Assembly (NCBI GenBank): GCA_017466905.1
Contig: JAFTTE010000069.1
Location: 1 to 46,060 of the forward strand
Direction: 5' to 3'
Length of the DNA: 46,060 nucleotides
Origin: Clostridia bacterium
GTDB lineage: Bacteria > Bacillota > Clostridia > Oscillospirales > Acutalibacteraceae
Shown here: positions 17,180-25,712 of the stretch, piece after piece
Position numbering within the stretch: position 1 is the first letter of the stretch
How the letters are laid out: each line of letters starts with the position of its first letter
Made by a program: the position numbers and the translations under genes
Notes under the pieces: model-generated
Database searches by the model: none
Told to the model about the DNA's origin: nothing
The model's input: the letters and a program-made list of their open reading frames with translations, nothing else

Positions 17180-17713
17180 TTATTCACTTCGGGCACTCAA
17201 AAACTGCGCGGCAATTTCGGCAAGCTTGATATCGGTATCGGTGGCAGCGGTGTTGCTTTCGGTTTCAAGCAGCACAACACAACCCACAATATCTCCCGCG
17301 GCGATTATGGGCGCCGCAACACACAGCTTTTGATTTACTCCTTCAAGTGCGAAGATATCTGCGCCGTTTTGATTTATAAAAAGACGTCGGTCCTCGGTGA
17401 TTTTTTCTAGCTCGGGCGTAACCGCTTTTTCAAGCAAATCCTTTTTAGAGCCGCCGCCCACCGCAACACAGCGGTCACGGTCACAAATTGCGACAGCAAG
17501 AGAACATCCCCCCGACAGCGCTGCCGCAAAATCACCCGCAAAACCAATCATTTCACCCATAGGCGAATATTTTTTAAAAATAACCTCGCCATCGTTACTT
17601 GTAAAAATTTCCAATGGGTCTCCCTCGCGAATTTTGAGTGTGCGGCGAATTTCTTTTGGAATAACCACACGACCCAAATCGTCTATTCTTCTCACTATTC
17701 CAGTTGCTTTCAT
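17180..17713 (-). CDS. spoVT: Stage V sporulation protein T (AbrB-type SpoVT N-domain + GAF-like domain)
   Basis: MKATGIVRRIDDLGRVVIPKEIRRTLKIREGDPLEIF is the AbrB/SpoVT swapped-hairpin domain. The 178-aa length and C-terminal GAF-like part fit SpoVT. Start at ATG 17713 after AAGGAG. The ORF-track extension to 17908 runs through repeat DNA. Confidence 0.88.
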   Translation of the reverse strand: MKATGIVRRIDDLGRVVIPKEIRRTLKIREGDPLEIFTSNDGEVIFKKYSPMGEMIGFAGDFAAALSGGCSLAVAICDRDRCVAVGGGSKKDLLEKAVTPELEKITEDRRLFINQNGADIFALEGVNQKLCVAAPIIAAGDIVGCVVLLETESNTAATDTDIKLAEIAAQFLSARSE

Positions 17714-17717
17714 ATAT
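17685..17717 (-). repeat. Direct repeat L: spoVT RBS-proximal region plus first 11 codons
   Basis: ATTCTTCtcACTATTCCAGTTGCTTTCATATAT, nearly identical to 25564..25596 (two adjacent mismatches). Confidence 0.8.
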
Positions 17718-17747
17718 TTACTCCTTTTCTCTACTCTAAAATGTGCC

Positions 17748-17773
17748 AAAAACCCAGTATTTATGTGGGTTTT
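17748..17773 (+). repeat. Conserved-loop hairpin element
   Basis: AAAAACCCA-GTATTTATG-TGGGTTTT. Related copies are at 3345..3379 (opposite orientation), 17868..17895 and 25504..25532. Confidence 0.7.
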
Positions 17774-17867
17774 CAGCTTTTTGGATTTGCTCAAAAATTC
17801 ATCTTCTCCAAGCAGAGGCCAAGAAACCATTTTTGTCCTTATTGGACACGTGATTTTCGCGAAAACT

Positions 17868-17895
17868 CGAAAAACCCAGTGTTTATGCGGTTTTT
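17868..17895 (+). repeat. Conserved-loop hairpin element
   Basis: CGAAAAACCCAGTGTTTATGCGGTTTTT, 27/28 identical to 25504..25532. Confidence 0.7.
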
Positions 17896-18106
17896 GGGCT
17901 TTTTGCAATAACTACTCTGCCAAGGTCCTTTTTTCATTAAGGACTTGGGAAGATTTGTTGTTTTTTTGCTCTTTGTTAGTATCACACTTTTCATGGAAAT
18001 TATGAGTGTAATTTCCAAAGCTTTTAATTTTTTATAGAGAAAAGTAGAAGTTATCGCAAAATATCAAAATATGTATAATAGGACTTTTGTTTTTAATTTT
18101 TTCTTG

Positions 18107-18427
18107 TTATAAGTTTTCTAACATTGCAACAAACGAATCATTCAAAGACTTGTCTTTGTTGGCATAGGAAACTCTCACTTTTGAATTTCCAACACGGAAA
18201 CAATACGGATTCTTCACCTGATTAATATAACTAATAATCCGTATTAATTGCGGTTTACTTCTATCAATCTTTACCTCCCGAATATCCACCAGTTCCGAAA
18301 TGTCAATCTTATCTGTGTTTGTTTCTTTAACTTTTCTCATAAGTTCCAACGCAGATAAATATTGCTTATACCATTTAGGAGTCAGTTTATATTTTTCACC
18401 TTCGTATTCAATGATTCGGTATCCCAT
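18107..18427 (-). CDS. Small hypothetical protein (..VKNPYCFRVGNSKVRV.. motif)
   Basis: Start at ATG 18427, 8 nt after AAGGAGG. It resembles, from memory, small proteins seen on Firmicutes mobile elements. No function known. Confidence 0.55.
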   Translation of the reverse strand: MGYRIIEYEGEKYKLTPKWYKQYLSALELMRKVKETNTDKIDISELVDIREVKIDRSKPQLIRIISYINQVKNPYCFRVGNSKVRVSYANKDKSLNDSFVAMLENL

Positions 18428-18488
18428 TTTCATCACCTCCTTTTATATTAAAACATATTCATTCGCTGTCACACCGATAGAATATGCA

Positions 18489-19295
18489 TTATACTCGACA
18501 CACCCATAAATTACGGATTTGATGTTTTATATCAGATAAGTTCCAAAGTTTTTCAGAGCGAGTTTTGCTATTGGGATCATTAACTTTAATTTTACCGTCA
18601 ACATATTCGGTCATTACTATAAAGTGACCGGTCGTAGTAAAATCACCAGGGCCCATTATGCAAATGATAGGATTACCAACTTCTAAATTTCTTATAATTC
18701 TGTTTTCATCAAGCGGAATTTCTATCACATCTAATCCAAGTTCTTTTCCACCATCCGAAATCAAACTCCAAGAACTTCCATTTCCAGATACGCTATATCC
18801 ATTTCTTTCGGAAAACTCAGCTACATATTTTGGCGTATATTTATCATCGTTTAAAAGATAAATACTAACCATAGAAAGACAGGTTGGACCACAACCTGTA
18901 AGCCCCATTAAATCTCCCGCATACTTACTATATCCCCAACGCTCATCCCACTGCATAAACAATGGAACTTTTTTGCTGTTTTCATACTCACTTAAATCAA
19001 TTTCGAATTTTTCATCTTTTTTAAGCGGATAATTCAAAACAAAATCCTTCGTTTCAGGATTTTTCTCTAACAATTCAATCAGATTGTCAGGCCACGCATT
19101 TGTTTGCAAACTGTGTTTTTCTGCAAACTCTTCTCTCATAGTATTAACTCTAGAGGAGTTATAATTAGAAGTTGTTTCGGGCGGCACAGTTTTTTCTTTG
19201 CTGCATTTTGATACTGTGAAAGTTATTATCAGCACAATTAAAATTAAGATAAACAAACAACCAAATTTGCGATTATTCTTCCTGCGTCTTTTCAT
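18489..19295 (-). CDS. Membrane-anchored C39-like (papain-fold) cysteine peptidase domain protein
   Basis: N-terminal basic stretch plus a TM helix. Has GCGPTCLSMV (catalytic Cys context) and GHFIVMTEY (His). Confidence 0.7.
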   Translation of the reverse strand: MKRRRKNNRKFGCLFILILIVLIITFTVSKCSKEKTVPPETTSNYNSSRVNTMREEFAEKHSLQTNAWPDNLIELLEKNPETKDFVLNYPLKKDEKFEIDLSEYENSKKVPLFMQWDERWGYSKYAGDLMGLTGCGPTCLSMVSIYLLNDDKYTPKYVAEFSERNGYSVSGNGSSWSLISDGGKELGLDVIEIPLDENRIIRNLEVGNPIICIMGPGDFTTTGHFIVMTEYVDGKIKVNDPNSKTRSEKLWNLSDIKHQIRNLWVCRV

Positions 19296-19296
19296 A

Positions 19297-19332
19297 AAAA
19301 ATACTCCTATCTTGAATTGATAGGAGTATTTT
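19297..19332 (-). terminator. Hairpin or attenuator between the kinase and the peptidase gene
   Basis: AAAATACTCCTATC/GATAGGAGTATTTT stem. Its 3' arm contains the AGGAG RBS of the next gene. Confidence 0.4.
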
Positions 19333-19388
19333 AGCGTAATGCAAAATATTCTGTTTTACTTATCTCTTAAGGCTTTCTTAACTTTTTC

Positions 19389-20450
19389 TTACAAAGGCAA
19401 AATCACCTCAAATTCTGTTATGCCATCATTGCAAGAAGCGGTAATTGTACCATTGTGAAGTTCTATAATTTGTTTTGCTATAGCAAGACCCAATCCCGAA
19501 CCGCCGGTAGCCGTCCTTCTCGAATTATCAACTCGATAAAACTTATCGAAAATGCGCTCAAGTTTTTCTTTAGGAATATCATCACCTTTGTTTTTTACAC
19601 GTATTACTATTTGGTTTTCTATTTTGGTAGCAGAACAAACTATATCTGTTCCATTATAACTATAATTAACTGCATTACGGAATAGGTTATCAAAAACACG
19701 AGCCAACTTATCGGCATCAGCAAATAAAACTATTTCCGGCTCGATTTCTTGCACAACATTAAGCTTTTTTTCTTCAAACATTGGAAAGAACTCGTTCAAA
19801 ATCTGCACTAATAGAATCGTTAGATTAACCCTTGATTTTTGCGCCTCAATGGTTTGGAGATTTAAGCGCGTTATGTCAAAAAACTCATTTATAAGTTGTT
19901 CTAATCTGTAAACTTTATCGAGTGCTATTCTGGTATATTTTGCTCGTTGTTCTATTGGCAAATCCTGTGTTTCTTCTAATAGACTCAAATAACCTATAAC
20001 TGAAGTTAACGGCGTTTTCAGATCATGCGCCAAATAAACTATTAAGTCATTTTTTTGTTGCTCAGCAAGTGTTCTCGCTCTTTCGTTTTCTTTAAGTTCA
20101 AACTTGAAATCTTTTAGTTTTTGACTGAAGTCTTTAAGCTCTTCCGGACAATCGTTTCCGAAAATTTGGGGTTCTTCTTCTGATATTGAAGTACTTGCCA
20201 ATTTAAGTAATTTGCTTAGCTTGAAAACATAAATAACAGATATTATTACCAACCCTAATACATATATGAAAAAAGCGGTAAATGTGCGATTGTTGTTAAT
20301 CACAATAAATAAATTTATTGGAAGATTGTTGTAAAGATAATCAACTACCGCACCATTAAAAACATTATCCATTATGATAATAAATAGAACAAATGCAATC
20401 GTATAAATCAAAACCTGTGTTATATATCGTTTAATAGCAATATTTTTCAA
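19389..20450 (-). CDS. Sensor histidine kinase (VanS/OmpR-partner class, HisKA + HATPase_c)
   Basis: Two N-terminal TM helices, H-box AHDLKTPLTSVIGY, N-box FRNAVNYS and a G-box GGSGLGLAIAK. TTG start overlaps the regulator stop. Confidence 0.88.
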   Translation of the reverse strand: MKNIAIKRYITQVLIYTIAFVLFIIIMDNVFNGAVVDYLYNNLPINLFIVINNNRTFTAFFIYVLGLVIISVIYVFKLSKLLKLASTSISEEEPQIFGNDCPEELKDFSQKLKDFKFELKENERARTLAEQQKNDLIVYLAHDLKTPLTSVIGYLSLLEETQDLPIEQRAKYTRIALDKVYRLEQLINEFFDITRLNLQTIEAQKSRVNLTILLVQILNEFFPMFEEKKLNVVQEIEPEIVLFADADKLARVFDNLFRNAVNYSYNGTDIVCSATKIENQIVIRVKNKGDDIPKEKLERIFDKFYRVDNSRRTATGGSGLGLAIAKQIIELHNGTITASCNDGITEFEVILPL

Positions 20451-21129
20451 CTTTATAACCTACTCCCCATACTGTTTTAATAATTTTAGGATTACGCGGC
20501 GGTTCTTTGAGTTTCTCTCTAATTCTTCGTATATGAACCATCACGGTATTATTGCTATCAAGATAATCTTCTTTCCAAACCGCTTCGAATATGCTCTCGC
20601 TAGAAACAACATTACCTGCATTCTCACAAAGCAACCACAGTATATCAAATTCAGTAGGTGTCAAATTTATCTTTTCATCGAAAAGTAATACTGTATGTTC
20701 CTGCTTGTTAATACTCAAACCGTTGCTTTCAAATACTTCTGCTTGAGGTGTTGTGATAGCATCATATTTTTTATAACGGCGCAGCTGCGCTTTAACACGT
20801 GCCAACAATTCCAGCGGATTAAAAGGCTTTGCAACGTAGTCATCCGCCCCAATACTTAATCCAGTTATTTTATCAACATCTTCTACACGGGCAGTTATCA
20901 TAATAATTGGATACGTATGATTCTCTCGGATTTTTGTGCAAAGTTCAAATCCATCGATCCCCGGCATCATAACATCAAGAACAGCCAAATCGATGTTTCT
21001 GTTATTCTGTATTTCTTTAAAAGCTTCGCCCGAATCATAAAACTTAAGGGTATCATAGCCCTCATTCTTTAAAACAACATCAACCAAGTCGGCAATTTCT
21101 TTTTCATCATCAACAATGATAATGCTCAT
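20431..21129 (-). CDS. OmpR-family response regulator (VanR-like)
   Basis: Receiver domain (IIIVDDE .. LAVLDVMMPGIDG .. K) plus a winged-helix C-terminus (IKTVWGVGYK). Start at ATG 21129 after AGGTGAGGGA. Confidence 0.9.
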   Translation of the reverse strand: MSIIIVDDEKEIADLVDVVLKNEGYDTLKFYDSGEAFKEIQNNRNIDLAVLDVMMPGIDGFELCTKIRENHTYPIIMITARVEDVDKITGLSIGADDYVAKPFNPLELLARVKAQLRRYKKYDAITTPQAEVFESNGLSINKQEHTVLLFDEKINLTPTEFDILWLLCENAGNVVSSESIFEAVWKEDYLDSNNTVMVHIRRIREKLKEPPRNPKIIKTVWGVGYKVEKYCY

Positions 21130-21200
21130 ATCCCTCACCTTGAAACAAATATTTTTTCTATTATACCATATAGGCAAAATAATTGTATTAAGATTTTCTT

Positions 21201-21231
21201 ACAAAAGAAGCGCCGCATTTCTGCGACGCTT
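21201..21231 (-). terminator. Terminator after the ATPase/TOPRIM pair
   Basis: Minus strand AAGCGTCGCA-GAAA-TGCGGCGCTT followed by CTTTTGT. Confidence 0.6.
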
Positions 21232-21286
21232 ACAGCATTAAGTCTTTTATAATCTCTCTAAACATCATTTAATGTAGACAAAGAAA

Positions 21287-22111
21287 TCACTCAACTATTC
21301 GTATTTTTTTATTTGTCTGATATGTAAATAAATTAGCATATAATGTTGTTTGTTTAAAGTCTTCTTTACCAAATGTACCTCTCATTGTTGCCTCAATAGT
21401 TTCAATGCTAGTTTTACTATGCTTGTCCAAACAAACAATACAAAACAAATGCACAAAATCATGACCATTTGTTATGGTTAAATATTCATTAACAGTTGAA
21501 CATTTACATAAGGAATCACACATTAACTCTCTTGTTGAGTCTATCGGATTAGTAGGATTCTGTGTATTGATTTCAGCAAGTATGCCTGCCTCCATTATAG
21601 AAACTTCGTTATTATAATGTTTCCCTGGCTTTATTCCATCGAAAATAACATTCCAATGGTTTTGCTCATTTAGTTGTCTTAGTTTGCTTAATTTTTCTAG
21701 CCGTTCCAGACAATGTAATCTTAGATTGTTGCTGTCGAAATTGCGCTTTTTATAAAAATTACAGTATAATCTTTCAAAACAACTATCTATAGCAATTATC
21801 ATCATCTCTGCGCAACAATAGTCGCAAAAGAAACTTCTTTTATTAACTGGCTTTTCTAGGTAATCTTTATCTCGAATTCCAATAACACGCTTGTTTCGAG
21901 GGAAATAGTGTTTTACAATATTATCTACACCAATCTTACTTGCATATGATTGAAACAACTCAACATTCTCGGCTAGAAGAGGACGAAAAAGTTTTTGATC
22001 ATCCTCTCCTTCAACCACTACACATACTGTATCTTTATCATGTCCTAGCATTAAACGAATTTCCGAAACAGTATCCGCTTCGTCTAGTTTATCTCTAACC
22101 GAATTAACCAT
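21287..22111 (-). CDS. DUF4435-like TOPRIM nuclease (AriB-like, PARIS-type effector)
   Basis: VVVEGEDDQKLF (TOPRIM Glu motif) and VIGIRDKDY (DxD) in DUF4435 order and spacing. ATG 22111 overlaps the upstream ATPase stop (ATGGTTAA). Confidence 0.65.
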   Translation of the reverse strand: MVNSVRDKLDEADTVSEIRLMLGHDKDTVCVVVEGEDDQKLFRPLLAENVELFQSYASKIGVDNIVKHYFPRNKRVIGIRDKDYLEKPVNKRSFFCDYCCAEMMIIAIDSCFERLYCNFYKKRNFDSNNLRLHCLERLEKLSKLRQLNEQNHWNVIFDGIKPGKHYNNEVSIMEAGILAEINTQNPTNPIDSTRELMCDSLCKCSTVNEYLTITNGHDFVHLFCIVCLDKHSKTSIETIEATMRGTFGKEDFKQTTLYANLFTYQTNKKIRIVE

Positions 22112-23444
22112 TATACAATCCACCCAAATCTATTTGCAAATCCCAGTTATGAGAAATTATTTGCGGTGAATGTGTCGCAATAATAACTTGAATATTTTTG
22201 TTAAGATTTACAACGCTCTTTAAATTTTCCATAATTTCTTTTTGCCAACCTATATGAAGTGAAATTTCGGGTTCGTCAATAAGAAGCAAATTAACATCCG
22301 ATTCAAAAATCAATTTATAAAATAAAACCAATATTTCTTGTTCACCAGAAGATAAGTCGCTAAGCGACAAGTTTCTTCCCTCATCACTCACCACTTCTAT
22401 ACCGTTGGAGCTAGACAATTTCATTTTTTTGAATGTCAATTTTTGATTTACAATTCTTTCATAAAGATCAAGTTTATTAATTATAGATTCAAACACATTG
22501 TATTTTGCATTTGCATCTTCAAGATAAATGGATAACTCTGCTGAGAATCTATCAAGTTTATCTTTATCAAGAGTAAAAATATACGAAACATTTTTTATTT
22601 CAGCCAAACCATATTTCTGAAGCTTTTCTTGTTTTCTTTGTAATTCTTCTAATTCAGAACGAACTTGATCAAGATTACTATTAATGGTTAAATCCGCATC
22701 AAACAATCTCTTTATATACGTGCTGTCTAATTCGCTAGAAAGTGATGAGTGGCGTTTCATTATATTCGCAAGCTCTGTTTTTAGCTTTTCGGAATTCTCA
22801 CTTATCACTGTAATATATTCCTCTTTGGGTTGATTATAAGACCTTTCACTTTCTGGAATTTCTCTTTTTTCTATAAGACGTTGTTCTTGAATAAAGCGTA
22901 CTTTTCCGATTTCACGCTTTACGGAATTCATCTGTTTCACGGCAGTTTTCAAGTTATCATACATTTCTTTAAATTTAGAATTAGATGAATTAAACTCAAT
23001 TGCCTCCAAAACAGCATAGAAAAACCTATCCATGGTGAACGCCTCATCCGGCGCATCAAATCTGTGCATACCATTTCTAAATTTAATGTGTTCATTTGTA
23101 CGCATATCTATATATTCATCATATCCAATCCTCTTCATATATGGAGGCATACGTCGTCTATCCCACTTTTCATCAGGATATGGAAATGAATATGAATCAA
23201 TTTTAAATGTTTTTTCATTTTTACAAATAGTAATTTTACTATTATCACACACAATAGTAAAATTTTTAAAGGTATAACCTAAAACTTTTTGTAGACTATC
23301 ATTGCAAAAATTGCTGATCATTTTCAGAATTGTAGATTTTCCGTAACCATTCGGACCAGTAATTATCATGATTCCTTCTTCAGAAAAATCCAATTTATAA
23401 TCAAATCTTCCAAATAATTTTGAAATCTTAATGGTTTTTATCAT
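22104..23444 (-). CDS. ABC/SMC-type ATPase with coiled-coil insertion (AriA-like, PARIS-type sensor)
   Basis: Walker A GPNGYGKST, signature LSSGEQ, Walker B LLLIDEPE and H-loop ATHSP. A ~170-aa charged helical insert separates the lobes. Start at ATG 23444 after GGAGG. Confidence 0.7.
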   Translation of the reverse strand: MIKTIKISKLFGRFDYKLDFSEEGIMIITGPNGYGKSTILKMISNFCNDSLQKVLGYTFKNFTIVCDNSKITICKNEKTFKIDSYSFPYPDEKWDRRRMPPYMKRIGYDEYIDMRTNEHIKFRNGMHRFDAPDEAFTMDRFFYAVLEAIEFNSSNSKFKEMYDNLKTAVKQMNSVKREIGKVRFIQEQRLIEKREIPESERSYNQPKEEYITVISENSEKLKTELANIMKRHSSLSSELDSTYIKRLFDADLTINSNLDQVRSELEELQRKQEKLQKYGLAEIKNVSYIFTLDKDKLDRFSAELSIYLEDANAKYNVFESIINKLDLYERIVNQKLTFKKMKLSSSNGIEVVSDEGRNLSLSDLSSGEQEILVLFYKLIFESDVNLLLIDEPEISLHIGWQKEIMENLKSVVNLNKNIQVIIATHSPQIISHNWDLQIDLGGLYNG

Positions 23445-23649
23445 AATTAACCTCCAAGTTAAAGAATTTATTTCATACAATAAATTTATATTATCATTTT
23501 AAATTTAATATATGAATAAAACGCGCTCATATTAACACAATGTTATACAATTATTATCATAGTCAACTATGAGTCAAGTAAAAAAAGCCTTATTTTATGC
23601 CGCTTTTTAACCATTTTCATCTTTCAAGTCAATATTAGATCAAGTAAAC

Positions 23650-25113
23650 TTATGCCCAATATGGTAAATATCTTCGATTCTTATCCGACGTAGAATCCTC
23701 GGTGATTTTTATAAGTTTACTCTCACACGCTTCATTTAAAAGCCTTGAAACCATCGAGCTATTTTTCTGGGGAATTGCAAAACGTTCTCTTAACGAAGCG
23801 TTTGTCATGTATTCTCTATTAACTCTCTTTAGACAAGCATGTAAATAGCATGCTCTTAATCTGTCTTCCTTTGTCATTTGCGCATACGGGCGATGCGAAA
23901 AAAGCGTTACTTTCGTATGGTTGTTATATACATCAATTTCCGGAGCAGGTAATTGAAAATACTCTGTTTGCCATACAACTTTATCGTATCCACTGCCTCG
24001 TTCTTCACAAACACCAATCCTTCTCATAAAAGAAGCTAAACGTTCATTTCTGGAAGTAGGCGGATAATCCACAAATCTTTCCTTATCTATTAACGGAGAC
24101 CCAGGATTGGTAATTTCCATACGATCATCAAAAATTTCAATCATAGGACTTGTTCCTTGAATGAAAAAGTTTTGATGAATAATTGCATTGGCAACAAGTT
24201 CACGAACAGCAAGCTCCGGATACATTGGAACCACCTTACGCAAAGCTCTCCCCATTACTTCGTTTTCCGGCAACAAGTTATTAATATAACTAATCAAGCC
24301 TTCAAATCCAGCAGCATATCCTTTTCCGCCGACTTGCTCTTTTCTCGCGGCAGCCATTCGATTGTTGCCGTCATACTTAATTACTCGAATTGCTTTTCTC
24401 TCTAGAGAAGGGAAGTCTGTCAACTTTTTAGCAAACAGGATGGCACCCAAATTCAGTATATTATAAGATCCTGCCTCATTTTTAGCGATCATTCCATCTG
24501 CAATCAAATTTTCTATTATCTGCGCTCTCCCGTTAGGCAATTCTAAAGATAGCATGTCAAAATAAGCTGGATAATCCAGCAACCGTAAAACCATATCTTC
24601 CGAGGCGTTTTCCAAAGCAATTAATGACTCAAATGGCTTTTTTGAAAGAATTGCCCATAATTCTTTCTCTGTATCCGGAAAATCTCTCAAAGCCTTTTTG
24701 TTAGAATCAATTCTAATATAATCAACACCTCTAAATTTGACTGGCGTTGAATAAGCTGCATTAATATCTAGCAATACGACTCTCTTACCATCAACATATG
24801 CTTCGTGAAAATAAAATTGAACCTGAGGTTCCAATTGAGTGGCGATCCACAAATCCAAACTTTGATTTCCTACTTTAGCGGAAGAATGATCAAATGTTGT
24901 TCCCTCTATCACGTGTGTTTTATCATTCACACCCCAAATCATAAATCCGTGTTGTTGATTAAACAACGTAGCGGTATTAGAAAGTGCGCTGACATATTCT
25001 CCGATCATTTGCGGATCACTATTATTGCTCTTTAATTCAATCCAAGGTAATTCCGTAGTGTGACTTATAGCCTCTACGATTATTGAAGATATTAATTTTT
25101 CATCAAACGGCAT
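23650..25113 (-). CDS. AlbA_2 (Schlafen-like) + HATPase_c_4 ATP-binding protein with C-terminal wHTH-like tail
   Basis: N-terminus E..LPWIELKSN... is the AlbA_2/divergent AAA_4 type. The centre VRELVANAIIHQNF..IEIFDDRMEITNPG is the GHKL-like HATPase_c_4 signature. RBS AAGGAG. Confidence 0.7.
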   Translation of the reverse strand: MPFDEKLISSIIVEAISHTTELPWIELKSNNSDPQMIGEYVSALSNTATLFNQQHGFMIWGVNDKTHVIEGTTFDHSSAKVGNQSLDLWIATQLEPQVQFYFHEAYVDGKRVVLLDINAAYSTPVKFRGVDYIRIDSNKKALRDFPDTEKELWAILSKKPFESLIALENASEDMVLRLLDYPAYFDMLSLELPNGRAQIIENLIADGMIAKNEAGSYNILNLGAILFAKKLTDFPSLERKAIRVIKYDGNNRMAAARKEQVGGKGYAAGFEGLISYINNLLPENEVMGRALRKVVPMYPELAVRELVANAIIHQNFFIQGTSPMIEIFDDRMEITNPGSPLIDKERFVDYPPTSRNERLASFMRRIGVCEERGSGYDKVVWQTEYFQLPAPEIDVYNNHTKVTLFSHRPYAQMTKEDRLRACYLHACLKRVNREYMTNASLRERFAIPQKNSSMVSRLLNEACESKLIKITEDSTSDKNRRYLPYWA

Positions 25114-25503
25114 AATAATTCACTCCTTGCTGTACTTATTACTATTATATCACAAAATTCAGTCAAGTAAACAATCAACTAAAAATTTTAATGAAAAACA
25201 TTTTATACATACAATATATTGACAAACCGTCTTTATCGTGTCTATATGTTGATTTTTAAAGAAATAGTTTATTTTGTCAGTCAACTAAAAGTTGTCCAAA
25301 TTATGAATTTGATTAAAAAGTTTTTCTCCTTTGTTAAAACTCAACACGCGTTTTAATTTACAAAAAACATCTTTCAAAAAATTCAAAAGCCGGGTGAACG
25401 TATCGCTCATCCGGCATCATAATATGTAGGTTACACCTCGCTTTTTTGATCGAAAAACCAATTTAAACAGGATTTTGTGCAAATTTGGTTGGACAAAAAT
25501 CAG

Positions 25504-25532
25504 CGAAAACCCCAGTGTTTATGCGGTTTTTT
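25504..25532 (+). repeat. Conserved-loop hairpin element
   Basis: CGAAAACCCCAGTGTTTATGCGGTTTTTT, nested inside a larger inverted repeat GGACAAAA..TTTTGTCC. Confidence 0.7.
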
Positions 25533-25592
25533 CGAATTTTGTCCTATTATACCACATTCCTCAATTCTTCGAACTATTCCAGTTGCTTTCAT
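25506..25592 (-). pseudogene. Truncated spoVT/abrB 5' remnant (28 codons)
   Basis: AAGGAG RBS plus ATG, giving MKATGIVRRIE. It then diverges and stops (..ECGIIGQNSKKPHKHWGFR*). Identity to the spoVT start is at nucleotide level. Confidence 0.6.
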
Positions 25593-25596
25593 ATAT
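25564..25596 (-). repeat. Direct repeat R: copy of the spoVT 5' end
   Basis: ATTCTTCgaACTATTCCAGTTGCTTTCATATAT, in the same orientation as 17685..17717. Confidence 0.8.
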
Positions 25597-25712
25597 ACAT
25601 TTCTCCTTAAATTACAAATTGTGTTGTTATTATCTGTAATTGTGGGAGAAATATACCGCAAGATTTACTTTTGAAATTAAATATGGTATAATAAATTTAG
25701 GATGGTGGTTTT

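Noticed and set aside
17714-17908. N-terminal extension of the spoVT ORF to 242 aa, and plus-strand ORF 17397..18005
   Set aside because: The extension translates hairpin repeats (..KPHKHWVF..) and has no RBS. ATG 17713 with AAGGAG gives the canonical 178-aa SpoVT. The plus-strand ORF is antisense to spoVT.
19389-21129. VanS/VanR-like two-component system as a vancomycin-resistance cluster
   Set aside because: No vanH/A/X, vanY or vanZ-type genes are adjacent. The only downstream genes are a C39-like peptidase and a small unknown ORF, so a resistance call is unsupported.
25477-25674. 65-aa plus-strand ORF
   Set aside because: It spans the hairpin repeat and is antisense to the spoVT 5' remnant. 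It has no RBS.
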